Below, piece by piece: positions 59,556-64,000 of a stretch of 64,000 nt of DNA. The notes under the pieces were generated by a model. That model had not been told where the DNA came from. It saw only the letters and a program-made list of their open reading frames with translations, and searched no databases. The position numbers and the translations under genes are program-made. Each line of letters starts with the position of its first letter. Positions within the stretch are counted from its first letter, which is position 1. This DNA comes from an uncultured bacterium (GTDB lineage Bacteria; Acidobacteriota; HRBIN11; JAKEFK01): contig CAVZQN010000004.1 of assembly GCA_963777505.1 (NCBI GenBank), positions 1,600,001 through 1,664,000 of the forward strand, in the 5' to 3' direction.

Positions 59556-60148
59556 TGCGGCTTCATTGCCTCCAGTTCTTTTCTTTTTTCTTCAGGTACA
59601 AGATCGATCGTCGCATGCTGACTCAACTGCAATGCCCGGATATAAGCCACAATCGCCCAACGATCCCGGACTGGGATCTGCTCGGCGTAGCTGGACATTG
59701 TTCCAAAACCATTAGCAATTGCATCGTAAAAATATCCAGGCGGAGACTGACGGAGTCGATCAATATGAAAGGAGGGTGGACGCTTGAAGCCGCGTTGCAC
59801 AACGATTCCAAGTCCATTTCCAATAAGGTCATGACACGGCGTGCAAAAGATGTTGTAACGGCTCTCCCCTCGCCGTACCAGCTCTTCTGTAACAGGAATT
59901 GGAAATGATGTCACATGTTGATCTCCGATTTTACCGGCAAAGTACTCCGGATTGTCTCTCAGATGTCCACGCGCAACTGTTCCTTCTACAAAAGGACGTG
60001 ATGCTCTTTGATCATCAAAGAATGCACTTTTTTCCAATGGTTCATATTTCGGCTGATCATGCATATCCTGACGGCAGGCTGCAAGACTTACTGCAAAGAC
60101 ACAAATGCCCAACGTCAGTCTTAGTTTCTTTGCGGTAAAAAATATCAT
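59552..60148 (-). CDS. actE: Alternative complex III monoheme cytochrome c lipoprotein ActE
   Basis: Lipobox LAAC-RQDMHDQPK; CTPCH; ATG 60148 preferred. Confidence 0.9.
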   Translation of the reverse strand: MIFFTAKKLRLTLGICVFAVSLAACRQDMHDQPKYEPLEKSAFFDDQRASRPFVEGTVARGHLRDNPEYFAGKIGDQHVTSFPIPVTEELVRRGESRYNIFCTPCHDLIGNGLGIVVQRGFKRPPSFHIDRLRQSPPGYFYDAIANGFGTMSSYAEQIPVRDRWAIVAYIRALQLSQHATIDLVPEEKRKELEAMKPQ

Positions 60149-60149
60149 T

Positions 60150-60686
60150 CTAATGGTCAACTTCGGATACAAATGTTGGTTGAAGCGCATCCAGAAAACG
60201 CATGGTATTGTCGCGATCAAATTTTGGATCACTCGATTCAATTAACAAAAAGAAACGATCACGTGAAGCAAGGGCAAAGCGCTTCACATTAAATACAGGA
60301 TGATATGGTTCCGGAAGTCCATTTAATGCAAGCATTCCAAGGACTGCAGTTAATGCGGCAACTAAAACTGTGGTCTCAAATGTAACCGGGATGAATGAAG
60401 GCCAGCTATTAAATGGCTTGCCTCCAACGTTGATTGGATATTCGACAACCGAAACCCAATAGCATAATGCATAACCACCGATGCATCCTATAATTCCACC
60501 AATCAAGACCAGTAATGGAAGCCGGTTTTTGTGAAATCCGATGGCTTCAGAAAGCGCTTCAATTGGAAATGGAGAGAATGCGTCCATCTTGCGGTAACCT
60601 TCTTCATGTGCTTTTCGTGCTGCGTCCACAAGACTATTGGCGTCTCCAAATTCTGCCATGAGGCCGTAAATGCCGCGTTCTTTCAT
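60150..60686 (-). CDS. actD: Alternative complex III subunit ActD (DUF3341)
   Basis: FSPFPI, GGKP..SWPSFIPVTFE. Confidence 0.92.
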   Translation of the reverse strand: MKERGIYGLMAEFGDANSLVDAARKAHEEGYRKMDAFSPFPIEALSEAIGFHKNRLPLLVLIGGIIGCIGGYALCYWVSVVEYPINVGGKPFNSWPSFIPVTFETTVLVAALTAVLGMLALNGLPEPYHPVFNVKRFALASRDRFFLLIESSDPKFDRDNTMRFLDALQPTFVSEVDH

Positions 60687-62071
60687 TCCTCACCTTCGTG
60701 TTTTACTTCAGCTTCAGGAAGCAAAGTGCGCATTTCAAAAATGGAAATCATCGGTAGTACGCGAATAAATAAGAACAGGAGAGTCAGGAACAATCCAATT
60801 GTTCCAATGAACATACTCCAATCGAAACCAGTTCCTTTGTACATCCCCCATGAAGACGGCAGGAAATCACGGTGTAAACTGACCACAATAATTACGTATC
60901 GTTCCAGCCACATTCCGAGACTTACGATCAAAGAGATAATGAACAGAGCTTTGGTGCTATTTCTGATTTTCGTTAACCACAGAAATTGTGGCGTTATTAC
61001 ATTACACAGAATGAGTGCCCAGTACATTGTTTTATAAGGCCCTGTCATCCGATTGATGATCATGAATTTTTCGTACTGATTTCCGCTGTACCAGGCCATG
61101 AACGTTTCCATCATGTACCCATATGCGACTAGGAGACCTGTTGCGAGCATGATCTTGGCCATATTTTGGAGATGCCGCATAGTGATGAAGTCTTGTAAGC
61201 CATAAACCGCGCGAATGGGAATTGCAAGAGTGATCACCATTGCAAATCCAGCGTAGATTGCGCCTGCGACAAAGTACGGTGGAAAAATAGTTGCATGCCA
61301 TCCAGGAATTAATCCGACAGCGAAATCGAAGCTAACAATGGTATGCACTGAAACTACAAGCGGCGTGGAAAGTGCAGCAAGCAAACCATATGCAGTTTCA
61401 TAACGGTGCCAATGTTTTGTAGATCCGCGCCAACCCATGGCCAACATTCCGTAAATAATTCTTCCGATTCGTGAGTTGGAGCGGTCTCTTAAAGTTGCAA
61501 GATCCGGGATGAGCCCAACAAACCAGAAGAGTGCGGAAACTGTCGCATATGTTGAAACTGCAAAAACATCCCAGACTAAGGGGCTGCGGAAGTTCGGCCA
61601 GATTGACATCGTATTCGGATATGGAAACAACCAATATGCGAGCCATGGCCTCCCCATGTGCAGTATCGGATACAATCCGGCACACGAAACAGCGAACAGA
61701 GTCATTGCTTCAGCGAACCGGTTGATGGAAGTTCGCCATTGCTGTTTCAACAGTAAGAGAATTGCAGAGATTAATGTTCCAGCATGACCGATGCCGATCC
61801 ACCAGACGAAGTTAATGATGTCGAAACCCCAACCGACTGGAATGTTGATGCCCCAGATCCCAACACCGACAAATAGCAGCATCGTGATTGTAAAAAGCAG
61901 TCCCATGAGCAGAGTGAAGGCAATCGCAAAACCGATAAACCAGCCGAGTGGTGTCTTTTTAGTTAAGACAATTGAGCTGATTTTTTCTGTAATTGTCCCA
62001 AATGTATGGCCGGGTTCAAGAACAGGACTCGAATCCTGTGCTTTTATTTCCCGGCGTTCTTCCATACTCAT
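60683..62071 (-). CDS. actC: Alternative complex III subunit ActC (NrfD family)
   Basis: WWIGIGHAGT, RFAEAMT, HMGRPW, WDVFAV, SVH; real start probably ATG 62071 or 62065. Confidence 0.93.
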   Translation of the reverse strand: MSMEERREIKAQDSSPVLEPGHTFGTITEKISSIVLTKKTPLGWFIGFAIAFTLLMGLLFTITMLLFVGVGIWGINIPVGWGFDIINFVWWIGIGHAGTLISAILLLLKQQWRTSINRFAEAMTLFAVSCAGLYPILHMGRPWLAYWLFPYPNTMSIWPNFRSPLVWDVFAVSTYATVSALFWFVGLIPDLATLRDRSNSRIGRIIYGMLAMGWRGSTKHWHRYETAYGLLAALSTPLVVSVHTIVSFDFAVGLIPGWHATIFPPYFVAGAIYAGFAMVITLAIPIRAVYGLQDFITMRHLQNMAKIMLATGLLVAYGYMMETFMAWYSGNQYEKFMIINRMTGPYKTMYWALILCNVITPQFLWLTKIRNSTKALFIISLIVSLGMWLERYVIIVVSLHRDFLPSSWGMYKGTGFDWSMFIGTIGLFLTLLFLFIRVLPMISIFEMRTLLPEAEVKHEGEE

Positions 62072-62118
62072 AGCTTTGTACGCGGCGTCGCTGTCCCGGG
62101 TAAGAGCGCAGGTCTTAC

Positions 62119-62178
62119 GCCCGCTTGCCGCGGGCTTATCAACGCTGCGTATTTTTGTCCCCCGGCTTACGCCGGGGG
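62119..62178. repeat. REP-like hairpin pair inserted between actB and actC
   Basis: GCCCGC-TTGCC-GCGGGC and CCCCCGGC-TTAC-GCCGGGGG. Confidence 0.7.
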
Positions 62179-62186
62179 CTAAACGG

Positions 62187-64000
62187 TTAAACATTCTTCA
62201 ATTCCGGATTCAGGTTACGAATATTCGCAAGATACGTCGTTCTGGGTTTTGTATTGAGTTCAGTTAGCAAACTATAGTGCAATTGATCCTTTCTCAATTT
62301 ACTGACACGGCTTTCTGGATCATTAATATCGCCAAACACAATTGCCTCAGCAGGGCATGCCTGCGCGCAAGCAGTCTGAACTTCGCCTTCACGGATTTTG
62401 CGATCTTCACGTTTTGAATCAATCCTTGCGTGATTAATTCTTTGAACACAATAAGTGCATTTTTCCATTACACCGCGCGTGCGCACGGTTACATCAGGAT
62501 TTCGCATGAGTTTCAAGCTTGGAGTTTTTAAATCCGAATAAAGGAAAAAATTGAATCGTCGAACCTTATACGGACAGTTGTTGGAACAATATCTTGTACC
62601 CACGCAGCGGTTATAAACCATTTCATTTAAGCCTTCAGTATTGTGAACGGTTGCATTTACAGGGCAAACAACTTCGCAAGGCGCGTTTTCGCAATGCATA
62701 CAAGGCAATGGTTGATGATGGATTGTCGGTGAACCGGGTTCACCTTCAAAGTAACGATCAACACGGATCCAATGCATTTCGCGTCCGCGTTTGACTTCTT
62801 TTTTTCCAACAACTGGAATGTTATTTTCAGCCTGACAGGCAATCACACAGGCATTACATCCCACACAAGAATTCAGATCGATTGCCATTCCCCAGGAATA
62901 GCCTTCATACTTGTGTTCAGGATACAGACTTGGGAGGTGTTCTTCTTCATGTTCGGGTGGATGAGCCAAATATTCCTGGAGTGAAGAAGATCGTACGATA
63001 TCGCGGCCTTCCATCGAATGATGATCCTGAGTGCAAGCAATTGTGTAAGTCTCATTCGCTTTTGTGATACTGAGACCTGGTGCTGCCCAATGGGCATTTG
63101 AACCGCGTAAATGAAATGCGTTGAAGCCAACCTTTCGTCCGACACGCCCGGTGCGAGTACGCCCATAACCCAGATGAAGCGTTACAGATTCTTCTGCTTG
63201 TCCTGGCAGGATCCAAACGGGAACTTTGAGGCTTTGATTATTGCATTTCAGTTCAACAACGTCTTCATTCTTTAAACCGAATTTTTTTGCAGTTGCCGGG
63301 CTGATTAAAGCAGGATTGTCCCACGTAATCTTTGTTAAAGGGCGTGGTAATTCTTGCAGCCATGCATTGTTTGCAAATCTGCCATCATACGCGCTGGGGT
63401 CAGGCCTGAATAACAATTCCAAACTTGAATCCTTTTGCAGCGCAGGGATCGATGCAACAAAATCTGTACGCGCTGTAACGCTTTGTTGAATTGCGGCAGA
63501 GTTCGCGACGACTCCATCATGTAAAGACTTCTCCCAAAATGATTCGAAATTCGCATTTTGATTTCGAGTTTGCCAGTAGCTGCGAACGATATCGTACGAT
63601 TTTGCGTCGGGTCTGCCATTCAATGCAGACAACACTTCGTGAGCAGATTTTGATCCAGAGTATAAAGGCGCAATTAACGGTTGAATGATGGTTGCCGTAC
63701 CATCGTATGCGCGAACATCACTCCACGATTCGAGAAAATGTGTTTCAGGAATGTGCCAGTGACACAGATTCGATGTTTCATCATGATGTTGACTGAGATG
63801 GATACGAAGTGAGACCCCGGTAAGCGCAGTACCAAAATTAAAATCAGCGGGCGCCGTGAAAACAGGATTACCACCGAGTATTAATAATGTATCGACCGTA
63901 CCTCCAGCCATATCCTTTGTGAGCTGACGAAGCGATTCATTCTGATTAACTGGATCAGCAACTATGGGGTCAGTATGAATTACTGTTGCGCCTGCATTGC
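62187..64000 (-). CDS. actB: Alternative complex III subunit ActB (molybdopterin-oxidoreductase-like plus Fe-S), 5' end beyond the window
   Basis: CVGCNAC..AC, CMHCENAPCEVVCP, CVGTRYCSNNCP, KCTYC, ACAQACP; frame open to the window edge. Confidence 0.93.
   Translation of the reverse strand, partial: NAGATVIHTDPIVADPVNQNESLRQLTKDMAGGTVDTLLILGGNPVFTAPADFNFGTALTGVSLRIHLSQHHDETSNLCHWHIPETHFLESWSDVRAYDGTATIIQPLIAPLYSGSKSAHEVLSALNGRPDAKSYDIVRSYWQTRNQNANFESFWEKSLHDGVVANSAAIQQSVTARTDFVASIPALQKDSSLELLFRPDPSAYDGRFANNAWLQELPRPLTKITWDNPALISPATAKKFGLKNEDVVELKCNNQSLKVPVWILPGQAEESVTLHLGYGRTRTGRVGRKVGFNAFHLRGSNAHWAAPGLSITKANETYTIACTQDHHSMEGRDIVRSSSLQEYLAHPPEHEEEHLPSLYPEHKYEGYSWGMAIDLNSCVGCNACVIACQAENNIPVVGKKEVKRGREMHWIRVDRYFEGEPGSPTIHHQPLPCMHCENAPCEVVCPVNATVHNTEGLNEMVYNRCVGTRYCSNNCPYKVRRFNFFLYSDLKTPSLKLMRNPDVTVRTRGVMEKCTYCVQRINHARIDSKREDRKIREGEVQTACAQACPAEAIVFGDINDPESRVSKLRKDQLHYSLLTELNTKPRTTYLANIRNLNPELKNV

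Noticed and set aside
4638-60136. Dispersed short repeats as a CRISPR array
   Set aside because: Copies are isolated and kilobases apart, with no repeat-spacer periodicity and no cas genes

Overview
A gene-dense, moderate-GC bacterial chromosome segment. The gene order (lysS-lolC/E-lolD-clpC-bamA-skp-fabZ-lpxA, plus an alternative complex III and caa3 oxidase operon) suggests an aerobic diderm such as Acidobacteriota, but this is inference. Core content includes tsaC, a folate/YgfZ cluster, a fadN-fadA-fadE beta-oxidation operon, outer-membrane biogenesis genes, a long GreA, citrate synthase and actB-G/sco/cox. Accessory modules of unknown function are: a LytS/LytTR pair upstream of a secreted alpha/beta-hydrolase lacking its catalytic residues; a short RnfD/UnbU-like membrane protein with two tandem Cys-bearing DUF2330 paralogs; and a GcvT-like gene divergent from two phytoene-dehydrogenase-like flavoproteins across a tandem palindromic operator. 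Non-coding structure is rich: about 18 copies of a 17-18 bp element (consensus AACCGCA[A/G]AGAC[G/A/T]CAAAG) at gene junctions, REP-like hairpins, inverted heptamer arrays, and several apparently leaderless promoters. Eight single-base frame breaks in seven genes look like sequencing or assembly errors. I recognised no tRNA, rRNA, CRISPR array, transposase or prophage.
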